Below are positions 26,200 to 39,304 of a DNA stretch of 64,000 nucleotides, in pieces. Numbering within the stretch: the stretch's first letter is position 1; each line of letters opens with the position of its first letter. Below the pieces are notes generated by a model. That model saw only the letters and a program-made list of their open reading frames with translations. It ran no database searches and had not been told where the DNA came from. The DNA is from Camelus ferus (lineage: Eukaryota). The stretch lies in NCBI RefSeq assembly GCF_009834535.1, contig NC_045697.1, forward strand, positions 114,206,001 through 114,270,000, written 5' to 3'. The translations under genes were made by a program, and so were the position numbers.

Positions 26200-26650
26200 T
26201 TACTCACTCAATAAACATTTATTGACATTCAACTGTCTTCAAGGTCCTAGTATTGAGAATAATCTGTGAGTGTAACAGACCCAGCCTCTGCCATTCTGGA
26301 GCCCTCATATTGGGGCTGTAAACCTTAACTTATTAAGTTAAAAAATAAGTAATAATGGAAAAGAATCTGAAAAAATACGTATGTGTATGTATAACTGAAT
26401 GGCTTTGCTGTACACCTGAAACTAACATTGGAAATAACTACACTCCAATAAAAAAAAAAAAAAACTTTTTTTCTGAAAAAAAATTATGTAATTAAAATTG
26501 AGATAAATTTGTTAAAAGATACTTCTGGAGGCTGGTGGGGAAATAATCTATAGGAAGATAGCGTGTAATAAAATGCAAGTGGCACCATAGCAGTTAGATT
26601 GGTGGAAGGGATGGGGGAGGAACAGCATTCCAAGCAGGTCAGAATAATGC
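26200..26650 (-). mobile_element. L2 3' end relic interrupted by an L1 tip
   Basis: ACTCACTCAATAAACATTTATTGAC...ACAGACCCAGCCTCTGCCATTCTGGAGC...GAACAGCATTCCAAGCAG. Confidence 0.6.
26354..26475 (+). mobile_element. short LINE-1 3' tip
   Basis: AATGGAAAAGAATCTGAAAAAA...TATAACTGAATGGCTTTGCTGTACACCTGAAACTAAC...CAATAAA + poly(A). TSD-like AAAAATAAGTAAT / AAAATTATGTAAT. Confidence 0.88.
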
Positions 26651-26769
26651 AGCAGTTAAGACTAACTTTACTTTGATAACTTAATATTATAAATAATTGC
26701 TCCTGCAGAATTATCTTTTGGATTTCTTAGAAAAAATAATTCTAAGTGGATTGAAACATATTTTTACTG

Positions 26770-28300
26770 AGGTGCTCAGACAAAAACCCAGAAAATATCT
26801 TTGACTCCACTCTTTCCCTCCCATCACACATTCCATCTGTGAGCAGGTCCTGTAACCAACATCCTCAATATACACATCCGATTTGAAAAACTGATCAATT
26901 TTCATCTGTCTTCCACTACCACCTAGTCCAAGCCCGTTTCCTCCCTCACCTCCAACGGCAGGGGTGTTTTTTACATACCACTTCTCTGTTTCCAGCTTTG
27001 CAATTAGAATCATTTTTTTTTTTTGTAATTGAAGTACAGTCAGTTACAATGTGTCAATTTCTAGTGTACAGCACAATGTCCCAGTCATGCAATACATATA
27101 TATATTCATTTTTGCATTCTTTTTCATTAAAAGTTATTATAAGATATTAAATATAGTTCCATGTGCTATGCAGAAGGAACTCATTTTTTAATCTATTTTT
27201 ATATATAGTGGCTAACATTTGCAGATCTCAAACTCCCAAATTTATCTCTTCCTACTCCCTTTCCCCCAGTAGCCATAAGATTGTTACTGCGAGTTTGTTT
27301 CTGTTTTGTAGATGCGTTCATTAGTGTCCTCTTTTTTCATTTTTTCTTTTTTTTTTGGATTCCACATATGAGTGATGCCATATGGTATTTTTCTTTCTCC
27401 TTCTGGCTTACTGCACTCAGAATGGTGATCTCTATCTAGGTCCATCCATTTTGCTGCAAATGGCATTATTCTTTTTTATGGCTGAGTAGTATTCCATTGT
27501 GTAAATATACCACATCTTCTTTATTCAGTCATCTGTTGATGGACATTTAGGTTGCTTCCATGTCTTAGCTATTGTAAATAGTACTGTTATGAAAACTGGG
27601 GTGCATGTATCTTTTTGAATTAGAGTTACCTTCAGATACATTCCCAGGAGTGGGATTGCTGCATCATACGGTAAGTCTAAGGGCAAGTCAGATCAAGCTA
27701 CTGCTGATCTTGGACATCCCAGTCAATGAAATTCCAACAGTGCTTAAATTCCAAGCTCTACTCAGCAGTCTACCAAAATGGTAGATTCTCCATCCACCTG
27801 ACCCTCATCTTGTCATTCCCTCTGCAAGTTTACTTTGCCGTCATCCACATGGCCCATTTTTCCATTCCTTCACCACCTCTGGCCCCAGGGCCTTGAGTTC
27901 TGGAGCTCTCTGCCCTAACCCTTTTCCCTCAGGTTGTCCAAAGCCCCATTTCTGTTCATTGTGAAGGTTTCAGGAGACATTTATGCCTTAGATCTTTAAC
28001 TCCCATCCAAACTTTCTACCCTCCTCCTGGGTTTTATTCTTTATGATACCTATGAATATTTGAATTTACATTACCCATTCACTTGGTTACCTTCAAGTGA
28101 ATGGGTAAATACACATGCCTACATATACCAGCATGCAAATAAACAATAGAGGCACAGATATAAATAGCAGTTCCTTTTCTTTTCTGTTAGAATATAAATT
28201 CTATAAAGAGAGATACGAATTTAGCTGCCTTGTTCACTCTTTTTTCTCTGAATCAATTCAGTATCTAGTCCAGTATATGCTCAAGAAATGTTTGATGATT
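26770..28300 (+). mobile_element. L2 relic split by an L1 insertion at 27013-27679
   Basis: ATCTTTGACTCCACTCTTTCCCTC...CCACTACCACCTAGTCCAAGCC on the left, resuming AAGTCAGATCA...CCCCAGGGCCTTG...TGCTCAAGAAATGTTTG on the right. Confidence 0.65.
27013..27679 (-). mobile_element. 5'-truncated LINE-1 (3'UTR + ORF2 end)
   Basis: Poly(T) then AATTGAAGTACAGTCAGTTACAATG...GGAGTGGGATTGCTGCATCATACGGTAAGTCTA. ORF 27284..27466 begins MPFAAKWMDL. No clear TSD. Confidence 0.93.
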
Positions 28301-31300
28301 GCATATAACTAAACCACAGGGTGTTTCATAATGGCTTTTAAAAAAATGACTACACTTTGATGCTATGCAGACCTTCCTAAATCATTAATTAATTTTATAA
28401 TTAAAGATATTATTAATATTTCCCTTGAAGTGTATCTTTGAAAATGACAAGGTGTTTAGTTGTGATACTTTCCATTTTCTTATGCAGACACGTTTGCCCA
28501 CTACCAGACCTTTCCTCATGCTCTTCCTTCTACTTTCCAGATCTAGAAATTCAGCCTGAATTATCTTTTAAGGAAAATTCATATTCCTTGTGATACATGA
28601 GAATTTTCCCATCTTCCAAACGGAAGTCTCTCACTGTTCCCTTGGCATCCAAATATTTCCCCCCTGCTATTGCTAGTTAGTATTCTGTGTTACATGCATG
28701 TGGTTTGGATTGTGCCCCTGAAAGAAGACTGTTACAGGTTTGTGTTTTGTACTGTGTCTCTATCAGACTGCAAGCTCCTTCATGGCATGATGTATGCAAG
28801 CATTTAAAAACTAAATTAGCACACAAAGTAACAAACAGCAGAGTTAAAATATCTTGCTTTTTTTCTGCTGTGAGCTTTATTTCTCATTCAGACCCAGATG
28901 CTGTTACTTTACTTAGTGTCTCCTCCTCCCCTGTGTTGAATTATTCTTCCCAATCCAGACAATATTATGACCACTTTAATGTGTACAATTTGGAAAAATA
29001 TCCATTGAACTGAGATTGCATTTAACTTGGGGGTGTTTATCTTACCAATCAAAGTGAGAAAAAATTAGACGTTATTAAGTTAGCTTCAGTGTAATATGAT
29101 TGGTGTCTCTAATAGTACAAATGATGTTCCTATCTGACCAGAAAACCAGCAAACTATTAAACAGTACTCGAAGTAGGTAGATATTTTATCCTTCCCATAA
29201 ATTTCAGATATAATCCAAGACCCAAACCCTGTACTGCTCTGTGTTTTTTTTTCTGCACTTCCTATATATTGTTTTGTCATTGATGCAATGAATAATTAGG
29301 AGCAGATTTCTCTGAGCTTCTGCAAATTTCCAATCTAACTATACATCCTGAAACAAATGTGAGTCAGTACTCTGCTTGTAAACAAGCATACCGACATTAT
29401 ACTGAAATAAATGAGTCTGTTTATGCTCAAAGGAGAGATTTGTTTCCTTTGCGTATATTCCTTACAGATCTGAACATATAATTTTCTTCTACTGTCAGAT
29501 TTCAGGGTTTGCAGAGTAGCTCTGACTATGCCAGTTAGAAATCTCTCCAAAGATACGTTTTGGCAATATTGCCCTATGTTTACATAGCACAATTAGGGCT
29601 TAATCAGACTCTCCTCTCTTTCAGTATTACCGCCTTGAGTCAGCTTCCTGAGAACATTTGTCTTTTCTTCCAAACTGTAGAACTTGTAGCGAGACTAGAA
29701 GGAAAAACACAAAACAGAACTCACAATTGTATTCCTCAGAAGTGTGCCTCAGTTATGCTGTGAGTTACATGTCAGTTTCATCAGGTTTAGATTTAGGGAA
29801 ATGATTTGCCAAATGACATGGTATTTTTTTTTTTGCTTTGGGTTAAAAAGAAATAATAACCTTCTGAGTTCCAGTAATATGTGTGAATGCATACAGTATG
29901 ATAAATATGGCATTTAAAATATTTTAAAATAATTTAGCAAATATTGAATTTTATCTATTATAGTTTATATAGTTCATTCTTACATATTTTATAAAATATT
30001 TCGAATGACGCGTCTAGTCACTTGAAAGCCAGCTACTATTTACACAATAGCTTAACCTAATTCATTTATTCCTAGGATTTCTCATTTGAGTCACACTCTC
30101 TGACTCAGGGAAGTACATGATTGTCTATAAAATTGGTGTTTTTGTTGAAACAACATTAGTAAATCCCGTGGAGAAATAAAACTCCCCATCACCCACTATG
30201 AAATTAAATATCTTTTGTTCTTGTAAGCCATTGGAGAGGTATGGGATCATTTCCAATGAATATAAATGCTTATGATCAAAGGGTGTCAAGGGGAATTACT
30301 GTGTTGGGTAGGGACTCCACAGTTGTCCATGGCACTCGTCCAAAGAAATAATACCCTCTTTCCTGTACAAGCAGCCTCTACTCCGAGCGCTGAGATGGTC
30401 ACTGGAAGACGCTCCGTAGGTACCAGAAGCCTCTTTTTATTACTCTTTTGAGCAATCGTTCTGCTCAACCAGAAGGTGACTGTCAGTCACTTTTAACTTT
30501 CCATAATTCAAAGCATAACTGCCTAACGTGTCCTTAGTTTCTCCCATCAACATCAGTTTTCCCTCAAATTCTAGTAAAAGGCTTTTTTCTTTCCCCACCC
30601 CTGCAACCAGCCCCACCCTGGCCGAACTCTGAGTTCCAGAACTAGTCTGTGTTTAAAATTCAACTTAACACTACAAAGAAATGTACACAGGTTTTTTTCC
30701 TATGTTTATAAACATGTCTTTTTATGGTACTTAGTTTTGTTATCTACTGTCTGGTAAGGTGGACAATTTTATTCAACCTTCATCTTGAGCCTGGAAAGGA
30801 GAGGTGATGACTTTCATTGTATTGATGTGGAAAGTGAGTCAAAGTTGTAGCTTATCTAAGGCTACAAAGAGTGTAAGTGGTGGACCCGAGATAATCTTAT
30901 TACTCAGTCAGAACCTGGGTAAGCCATGCTGAAATGCATAGAACATTTGAAATCAGTTTTACTTTTTTTTTCTGACCAGGATGAAGAGGTGTAAATACCT
31001 ACCCAAAAAGAAATAACTTTGCCCCTGGGACCATGTCCCTAACATCAGCTATTAACTAGTGTAACAGTGCTAGCAAAAGCTGACATATACCCCAGAAAAA
31101 GCAACAGATAAGCGATTACAGTTAAGGAAAGTTTAAGACTTCCTTTTTTAAAAGTGAAATATGCATTTTTGGAAAATCCAATCAGTCACTTAATACTTAT
31201 TCATCTATATGATTAAACTGTATGGGTTTTATTATAACTTCCCTAAAGCAGAATTGTGTTCTATTAATATTATAGTTAGAAAATTGACGGGCTAGAAAAA

Positions 31301-31719
31301 AATGGGACATGATTTGATAGAATTCATCAGGGATACTATCAGGAAAACAATTTTTTTCTCTCATCTCACTGATAGAAATGAACATAAATGATGTAAAATA
31401 TGAGGAAAAAACCCCCAGGAAATTATCTACTTACCCTTATTCTAGAGGGTACAATGCATGCTGAGGGCGTTTTTTTTTTAATTATTATTTTTATTTGTTC
31501 ATTTTGGGGGGCTTTGAATTACATTATATTCAATAAATTCTTTTAGATATTTTAGTATTTGGCAATCATTTTCCCTTAGAATTTGGATGCATAATTTCTA
31601 ATACATGTATATATTTCAGATCTGCCTTTATTTAAAGAGTGTATTCAGTGAGCACTTTGAAAGGCTGAGGGTCAACTTACTAACCTCATTTAACAAAATG
31701 AGAAACTATAATGATTCTT

Positions 31720-32227
31720 TATATATATTTTTAACTGAAGTATAGTCAGTTTACAATGTTGTGTCAATTTCTGGTGTACGGCACAATGCTTTAGTCATAC
31801 ACGAACATACACATATTCATTTTCATATTCTTTTCCACCATAAGTTACTACAAGATATTGAATATAGTTCTCTATGCTGTACAGTATAAACTTGTTGCTT
31901 ATGTATTTTATATGTGGTAGTTAGTATCTGCAAATCTGAACTCCCAGTTTATCTCTTCCCATCCACTTCCCCCACACCCCACTGGCAACCATAAGTTTGT
32001 TTTCTATGTGAGTCTGTTTCTGTTTTGTAAATAAGTTCATTTGTCTTTTTTTTTTTTTTTTAGATTCCACATATGAGTGATATCATATGGTATTTTTCTT
32101 TCTCTTTCTGGCTTACTTCACTTAGAATGACAATCTCCACATCTATCCATGTTGCTGCAAATGGTGTTATTTTATTATTTTTTATGGCTGTGTAGTATTC
32201 CATTGCATATATATACCACAGCTTCTT
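31720..32227 (-). mobile_element. 5'-truncated LINE-1
   Basis: TGAAGTATAGTCAGTTTACAATGTTGTGTCAATTTCTGGTG... ORF 32060..32287 contains [16 protein letters not shown]. The junction TTCTT/AAAA resembles an endonuclease site. Confidence 0.93.
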
Positions 32228-32397
32228 AAAAATACATGTCTTAGATGAGTCTGAAAGATGGCATAAATTAACCAATTTACAGTGCATTTTCAGATATTAT
32301 ACCTTAACAAACTAACCAAACTGTCATGAAGAGAAAATACTAATGAAACCAAAATACAATTAAAGTAAATTAAATACTTTGAAAAGTTATGTGTTCT

Positions 32398-32398
<1 letters not shown>

Positions 32399-32430
<32 letters not shown>
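32399..32430. repeat. (GT)16 microsatellite
   Basis: Perfect run read directly. Confidence 0.95.
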
Positions 32431-32434
<4 letters not shown>

Positions 32435-33059
32435 ACATGTGTCTGATAAACTGGATTTTCCTTTATACTATTTCTCCTATCATTTAAGATGGTTGTAATG
32501 AAACAAAAAGTATCCTTAACTTACATAACTTTGAGAGAAGTCAAAGTTATAAATGATATACCATGCAAAACAAAATATACTAAAAATAAAATACATGGAA
32601 TATATATGATTCTAAATTTAATTTGTTTTCTGAGTTACTATAAAATATTTTACTAGCATTTAAATATTCTGATAGTGTTTACACTACCATCTCGAATCAA
32701 ATTATTTCATATGTGGAAAAAATCATAGAAAACATATAATAATCTTATGAATTAAACACACATGCATCATATGCATATATATGTATATATGTAGGTGTAT
32801 ATTTGCACATACCTTTTGTTTTGGCCATTTGTCATTAAGAAAGTCATACTGAAATAGTGTTTCTCACATTGCTTTTGGTTGTGTGCACCTGTGTTTGTGT
32901 TCAGGCATTTAACCAGAGAAAATTGAAGTTTCTCCACTCCAAACAGAAAAGTTTAACAGAGGCACTGTAACAACACAGACTATGTTAAAATTCACTTATA
33001 TTTATGCTGTAAACATTTTATAAGAGCTTCTACATTTCTATATATTCCTTGTGAAATAG

Positions 33060-33200
33060 AACTAGGAAGTCATCCAGATCAACTTCCAAATCCTCGCTCT
33101 CTCAGTTATTAGCTAAATTACTGTGAGCAAGGGATTCAAGCTTTCTAAGCTTCAATGTTGTCATGTGTAATTAATGGGAATAATAATTCCTACAAGATGT
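33060..33200 (+). mobile_element. MIR fragment
   Basis: TTCCAAATCCTCGCTCTCTCAGTTATTAGC...GAGCAAG...AAGCTTCAATGTTGTCATGTGTAA...GGGAATAATAATTCCTAC. Confidence 0.6.
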
Positions 33201-33301
33201 CAGATTTTTACCTGAATAGTTCTTGTCCTTGGAGACACAGAAGAATTTAACTCAAACCTCCAAACTCATACCCTGTTCCTCTCCAAAATGTACAAATTTC
33301 T

Positions 33302-33430
33302 TTTTCTTATTTTTTGGGGGAGGTAACTAAGTTTATTTACTAATGTATTTATTGGAGGTACTGGGGATTGAACCCAGGACCTCGTGCATGCTAAGCACTC
33401 ACCCTACCACTGAGGTATACCTTCTCCCCT
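33302..33430 (-). mobile_element. tRNA-Ala-derived SINE (camelid Vic-1-like)
   Basis: GGAGGTACTGGGGATTGAACCCAGGACCTCGTGCATGCTAAGCAC...TACCACTGAGGTATACC. TSD core TACAAATTTCT at 33291-33301 and 33440-33450. Confidence 0.92.
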
Positions 33431-34431
33431 GCAAATTTATACAAATTTCTGATTTTATTTACTTACAGTCATGTTTGTCTCCTCTCATATTAATACACAG
33501 ACCATAACTGTTTTTTGTTTGTCTCTTTGTTTCTTTGTTTGTTTCTGATGAGCCCTTGGAGGTCTGTGGGTTAATGGAAAGAGAGGTCACTTTATTTGCT
33601 GCGTAATCTGCCGTCCTGGGATGGAGACGCCGGTTGCTTTCTGTCACCCAGTGACCATTGTCTCATGCTGAGACCTTCCCCATGACTTTGAGCCAAACCC
33701 ACGATTCTCCTCCACTAGGGACAGTGTAGCCGACTCGCCCTCTCTGTCCTCCCTCAGCACACGGGCACACGTGCATGTGCTCATGTGCACATGTATCCTT
33801 TGCACGAGAGAATTCAACTGTGTTAAAAAAACAGTCATCTCCATCTTGTTCCATGGCAGTGATCGTTCAGCCTGGTACATGAATGGGCTAATGTTTTAAA
33901 AACCCAAAATGGTGCACAGTAATATAATCGGTGCATTTTAGTTTCCCTTCTCTTCAGACACTGTAATCTCCATCCCATGGTGCTGATTCTAAAACACATT
34001 ATTATTAATCTGTATAAATAGCAACTTCTACCATTTTCTGGCTCAAATCTCCTGAAACCATATCATCCCTTTTGAAGTGTATAGACTATTTTGATGAAAT
34101 ACATGTGGCATTGTACAAACTGTGTACAAGTTTACATGCTGAATGATACTCATCATTACAGCCTAATTTTCTACAATATATATTTTCACCAGGCAATGCA
34201 GGGTATAAATACTGTAGCAACTCTTATGCAAAATTAACCTTTCCTTTGTGGTCTTTGTGGTATCAAACAATTCCATTTAAATGGAATAAACGAGTACATA
34301 TTTTTGACACAGAAATTGATTTTATTGATTGTGTTAAGACCCAGAAGAGCTGCCTTTGCTTAAGGATAATTTATGACAGCAGAGGTGATATCAAAATATC
34401 AGTTTTATGACTATTGAGAGAAAAAAGTCCT

Positions 34432-34830
34432 CTAGAGATTATCATATTGAGTAAAGTAAGTCAGACAGAGAAAGACAAATATTGTATAATATCATTTATG
34501 TGTGAAATATAAAAAATGACACAAATTATATTTACAAACCAAAAACAGACGCATGGACATAGAAAACAAACTGTGGTTACCAAACGGGAGAGGGCAGGGA
34601 GGGGTCAGTTAGGGGTTTTGGGGGTTAACAGACACACAGGACTATATGTAAAATAGATAAACAGCAAGGACCTCCTATATAGCACGTTCAGTTTCTTATA
34701 ATAACATCTAACGGAAAATAATCTGAAAAGAAAAAATACATATATGTATTTATATGTATAACTGAATCACTTTGCTGTACACCTGAAACTAACCTTATAA
34801 ATCAATTACACTTCAATAAAAAACTTTTTT
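34432..34830 (+). mobile_element. 5'-truncated LINE-1 3'UTR
   Basis: CTAGAGATTATCATATTGAGTAAAGTAAGTCAGACAGAGAAAGAC...CACCTGAAACTAAC...CTTCAATAAA. TSD AAAGTCCT at 34424-34431 and 34831-34838. Confidence 0.92.
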
Positions 34831-35570
34831 AAAGTCCTAGACACTTACAGATAATATAGGTTAAATGTAAGTAGTGTCCCTAAAGACACTGACAATTAAT
34901 ATTTTCCATTTTTAAAGTTGATTTTGCTTCCTCCATTTTTATTCCTATAGTGTATATTAAAGAGCTTGCCTTTTACTATTATTCTGCACTATATAATAGA
35001 ATTATTCTTGTTTAGCAAAGAAGGAAATAAAGAGAGGAGACGAAGGGAAAAAATCCAATATAGTTGGAGAACCTGTGTGTGTGTGTGTTGTAGCTTGGAA
35101 AGCACTGATGAAACTTTGACGTGTGTTTGATTGTGTCCGTCAAGCACAGATAATCCTGACCTAGAAGACATACCAATGCTTTAGAGATTGTTTTTTCCCT
35201 ATGACTCTAACCAGTATAACCGTTTCAATACTATTCTCGTGGGTAACTGAGAAATAATATCCCATGTATATCTAAGGAGTCAAAGAGATCAGAGCATGTC
35301 CGAGCTGACATCCTATCACTGCTGGATGTTTGAGGAGACAATGCTCCAAGAAATACGATTCTGCTGCTGGTGGTTGGGGGGGGGGGTTCCTTCTGAGGAA
35401 ACAGTCCACGTTATCTTGAGTTTTCTCAGATGGAAGAGTGAATGGACACGTTTTCTAAAGATCTTCCCAAGAAAACGTCTTTAATGTAAAAACCATTTTA
35501 CTTTATTCATTCAAGAACATTAATTTAGCAACTACTTTGTTCAGTGACATACAGATTTGTCATGAATCCC

Positions 35571-35985
35571 TGTAGAGACATAAACCCATTTTTCATATCC
35601 CTTCACTACAAACTTACAACACTCCCCCATCCTACTGAACTCAGGACAGCTGTGCAACTTACTTTGGTCAATTGAATGGAAACAAAAATGATGTGTATGT
35701 CACTTTTCAGTCATTGGCCAATTGAATGGAAATGAAAGTGTTATGTGTGTCACTTTTCACAGTTTAAGAACTGATTCATGGTTGTCAAAACTCTCTTTTC
35801 TAACTGAAGGACCAGAAAATTTTCCAGGTAGTGGCAGCATCACAAAACTGGGCCCCCAAAATAGAGATGAAATTGAGCAAGGCTTCAACCAACCCACTGT
35901 GGACATGTAACAGGGTTTTTTTTGTTTTTTTTTTTTTTTGATTGCCTAGCACTGCAGAAAAACCTGTCCTTCCCTGACTACATCA
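35571..35985 (+). mobile_element. old MaLR LTR (MLT1I/J-like) with internal 50-bp tandem duplication
   Basis: ACTTACTTTGGTCAATTGAATG...GTGTCACTTT...GTTTAAGAACTGATTCATGGTT...CCCACTGTGGACATGTAAC...CTGCAG...CCTGACTA. Confidence 0.6.
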
Positions 35986-36608
35986 TGATGAAATAATGAA
36001 ATAATGTTATATATAAGATGCAAATATGTAGCATATCATATCAATTTCTTGAAATGTTACAACACCTGCTAGTGTATCAAATACTAAGAATTCATTAAGC
36101 ATTGTTTACCTGGTATGGTTTAAAAATGATAATGGAGTCCTTTTTAAAAAATAATTCCCATTATAGAAAATGAATTTGACACAGTATTGGTTTAGAAGAA
36201 TTATGAGATATAGTGAAAATACAATTTTTAAAATAATAGTGACACTCTATCTCCTAAATCAAAGCTAAAATGATCAAGAAGTCAGGATCCTAAAAATTAC
36301 AGGGCTGAAAATCCTTTTATTGTACCTATTTCTTACATTTATACAAAGCCAATTATACCTGAGATCATTTTTATGGATGATTCTTCAAAGCTGATGGATT
36401 TCTAATAAATTGTAGCCATTTTAGGACCTTGACATTACTGTTAAGTTTGCAATGCTACAAACTGTTGTCTTTTCTTAAAACCAAATACCAAGAAAGAAAT
36501 AAAATTGTAGATGTTGTCTAATATTTCTTGGAGGTTTTAAGTAGAAATGATTTTAATATTATGCTGAAATTTAAAAGTTAATATAGCTGCAAATACTAAA
36601 GTAAACTT

Positions 36609-36720
36609 GGGGGGAGTTTGGTAGAGCTCATGCTTAACAAGCACAAGGTCCTGGTGTCAGTCCCCAGTACCGCCATTAAAATAAATAAATAAATGAATGA
36701 ATAAACCTTCTCCATCAAAA
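36609..36720 (+). mobile_element. degenerate tRNA-Ala-derived SINE
   Basis: TGGTAGAGCTCATGCTTAACAAGCACAAGGTCCTGGTGTCAGTCCCCAGTACCGCC + (TAAA)n linker. TSD-like AAAGTAAAC / ATAGTAAAC. Confidence 0.8.
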
Positions 36721-36872
36721 AAATAGTAAACCCAGAAGCTATTTTCTTCTTTACTCTAATTCCACTTAGAAAAAGACAGAAAACAAAACATAAGAAAGAA
36801 AACAGAGAAGAAAAACCTGCTTTCTGGAAAAGCAACCAGCAGTGATTTTAGTGGCATCTTGGCGGTGAAGAG

Positions 36873-37100
36873 TCAGGAAGGTGTGGTGGTTGGGAGAGCC
36901 AGCCCTCCAGCCAGGTCGCCGGGCATTCAGTCCCAGCTCTGCCACTTGAATGTCCATGTGACCTTGAGCAAGCAACCTAACCACGCTGTGTGTGCCGCTT
37001 CATTTGTAAAATAAGAGTTATGTCAATTGAGCTGATTTACGAAAAAATGCTTAGAACCATAGCTTACACATTGGAATCGCTCAACAGGAGTTATTCATTA
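36873..37100 (+). mobile_element. MIR SINE
   Basis: TTCAGTCCCAGCTCTGCCACTT...TGTGACCTTGAGCAAGCAACCTAACC...TCATTTGTAAAATAAG...TGCTTAGAAC. Confidence 0.85.
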
Positions 37101-37559
37101 TAACTATAAGAAGGATTACCCATTCACCATCCTTTTATAATGATTTTCTGATAAAACTTTGTACAAATATTTTGGACTTTTTTATCCTGATATTGATACT
37201 TTTTAAATACACTATTCAATACGTATCTTATGTGACCTGAACACCAATAAAAGTAATAGAACTTTTCTGACATTAAATATTGATTTATTTTCCTCAGTTT
37301 TGAAGGTTGCATGATTTTAAGGGGATATTTCTATGATACTGTCAAACACCTCTCACTAGTTATTTAAAATGATAACAGTCTAATACAGATTATCAGAACA
37401 CCCAAGTATCACTTGAGATCTAGGTTTAAAGGTTAAAAATATGTTCCAAATAATATTCAAATGCGCCCATTAACTTGTTTTGATCAAAAACCACTTCAAG
37501 TTTTGATTAAATCAGTTGCCGAAAAAATCATGGTGCACTCAGAATGCGTTCGTACTTTG

Positions 37560-37760
37560 TGGTTGCATAGTGGAGTGGGGTTGGCAGTGGAGGAGGGTGC
37601 GCTTATGTTTTAAGCCTCCATTCAACCTTGACTCACCGTTGACCCAGGTAAATACTCAGACTTTCAGTGCCTGAGTTTCTCTGTGCAATGCCAATAATAT
37701 AAAACCTACTTGATATTGTGGTTTTAAGGATAAAATGAAATGATGAAAATAAAGGCTAGG
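37560..37760 (+). mobile_element. MIR fragment
   Basis: TGACCCAGGTAAATACTCAGACTTTCAGTGCCTGAGTTTCT...AACCTACTT...GGTTTTAAGGATAAAATGAAATGATG. Confidence 0.6.
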
Positions 37761-38140
37761 CAGGATGAGTTATGGTTGGTTAACCACTGTGACTTCTCTT
37801 CACAGAGATCAGGGGAGGGAGTTAGTATCCACATAGTGTTTACCAGGTAACAAACAGCATTTGAAATCATTGTCACTGCAGTTTTAGTACTAAAGAACGC
37901 TTACAAGGGCATTATACCTTAACTAGTAAAATAAAATAAACATACATTCAAGAGCTAAACATTCATTTGTATCTTATTTACAATATAACCAATGACAAAA
38001 ATGTGTACCACAAACCTAAATACTAAATTGCTGTCTATATGATTATAGAATTTTAATATATGATAAATTATGGTAAAATATCACAATTTTGAACAAAGAA
38101 GTCACTTTAGAAAAACAGGCTGATTTAAAAAATATTTTTA

Positions 38141-38235
38141 AGACTGAAGCATTGTGCTGTACACCAGAAATTGATACAACATTGTAAACTGACTATACTT
38201 CAACTAAAAAAAAACTCCGAGATAAAATAAAATAA
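38141..38235 (+). mobile_element. ultra-short LINE-1 3' tip
   Basis: GACTGAAGCATTGTGCTGTACACCAGAAATTGATACAACATTGTAAACTGACTATACTTCAA is nearly identical to 862-923; A-rich tail follows. Confidence 0.9.
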
Positions 38236-38358
38236 AAAATATAAAATATATTAAAACTTTTTACTTGATTATAGAAAGTAATTTAAAGATTACTCCAACA
38301 ATAACACTGTGGACCAGAGATTACTTGTTATTTGTCTCAGTTAAAACACAGGTATGCG

Positions 38359-38390
38359 CACACACACACAGACACTCACACACACACACA
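38359..38390. repeat. imperfect (CA)n
   Basis: CACACACACACAGACACTCACACACACACACA. Confidence 0.8.
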
Positions 38391-39304
38391 GTATCGGGTA
38401 AAATATTTTAAAATACGTGCAGAGAATAACATCACAAATTGTTGAAATGAATAGTGGGCCATATTATGAACTTACATACATCAATTATCAAATGTAAATC
38501 TAAAGATACTGACATTTCTGAAAACATGTCTTACGTTTCTCTTTTGCTGTTGCATTGTACCTAAAACAAGTTTCCAATATATTTTGTAGTGTTTATATGT
38601 TTTTTTAAAGCAGAATCCTTCCATGCTTGTCAAATAAGATGAGTAATCAACCTTGATAGTATCATTTGCAGTCACAAATGCAATTTGTCTATTGAAGACT
38701 AGGATTGATTTTCCAGTGCGACTTGTAAACTAGTTTGCAAAGCAGCTCCTAAGTACTCTGAAGCTTGAAAAGACACATGAGAGTCATGCTTGTTTTAAGA
38801 GTACGTTACCTTCTTACAGCAGCAAAGATAGCATGAATAAAGAAACAACAGCCTTAGTTAAAACACAAAAGGAAAAAAAAAAATGTACTTGGTTTTAAAG
38901 ATATTTAGGAATCAATTATTATAATTTAAAAAGTATGTTAATCTCATCATTTGTACTACTAAAGAACATTAAATCGTTTCTTAGACATGCAATTTGAAGA
39001 TCTGGGCATTAAAGTCAGAAAATAAGTAGTGTAGCATGATTGAACTCCTAAGAACAGGGCTTGTTGTTGTTTCCTGTTCTTTTTTTTTTCTTTTTAATTA
39101 TATTCTGTAATACAAAATCAAGCAACAGTTTTCCAGATTCACTGCTATCATCTAATATTTAATAACCCAAGGCAAGGAAAATAAGCAGCAAAATAGAGTT
39201 TATATAAATAATATGATTGTTATTCAGCCCTTGAAGTGGATATCCACACACTTTTTAAGGAGATTTCTGGAAAAATGGTCCTGCTCAGCAAATAAAGAAT
39301 TGGA

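Noticed and set aside
38363..38385. 23-mer CACACACAGACACTCACACACAC also found at 53288-53310
   Set aside because: A low-complexity CA repeat with unrelated flanks; convergence is the simplest explanation.
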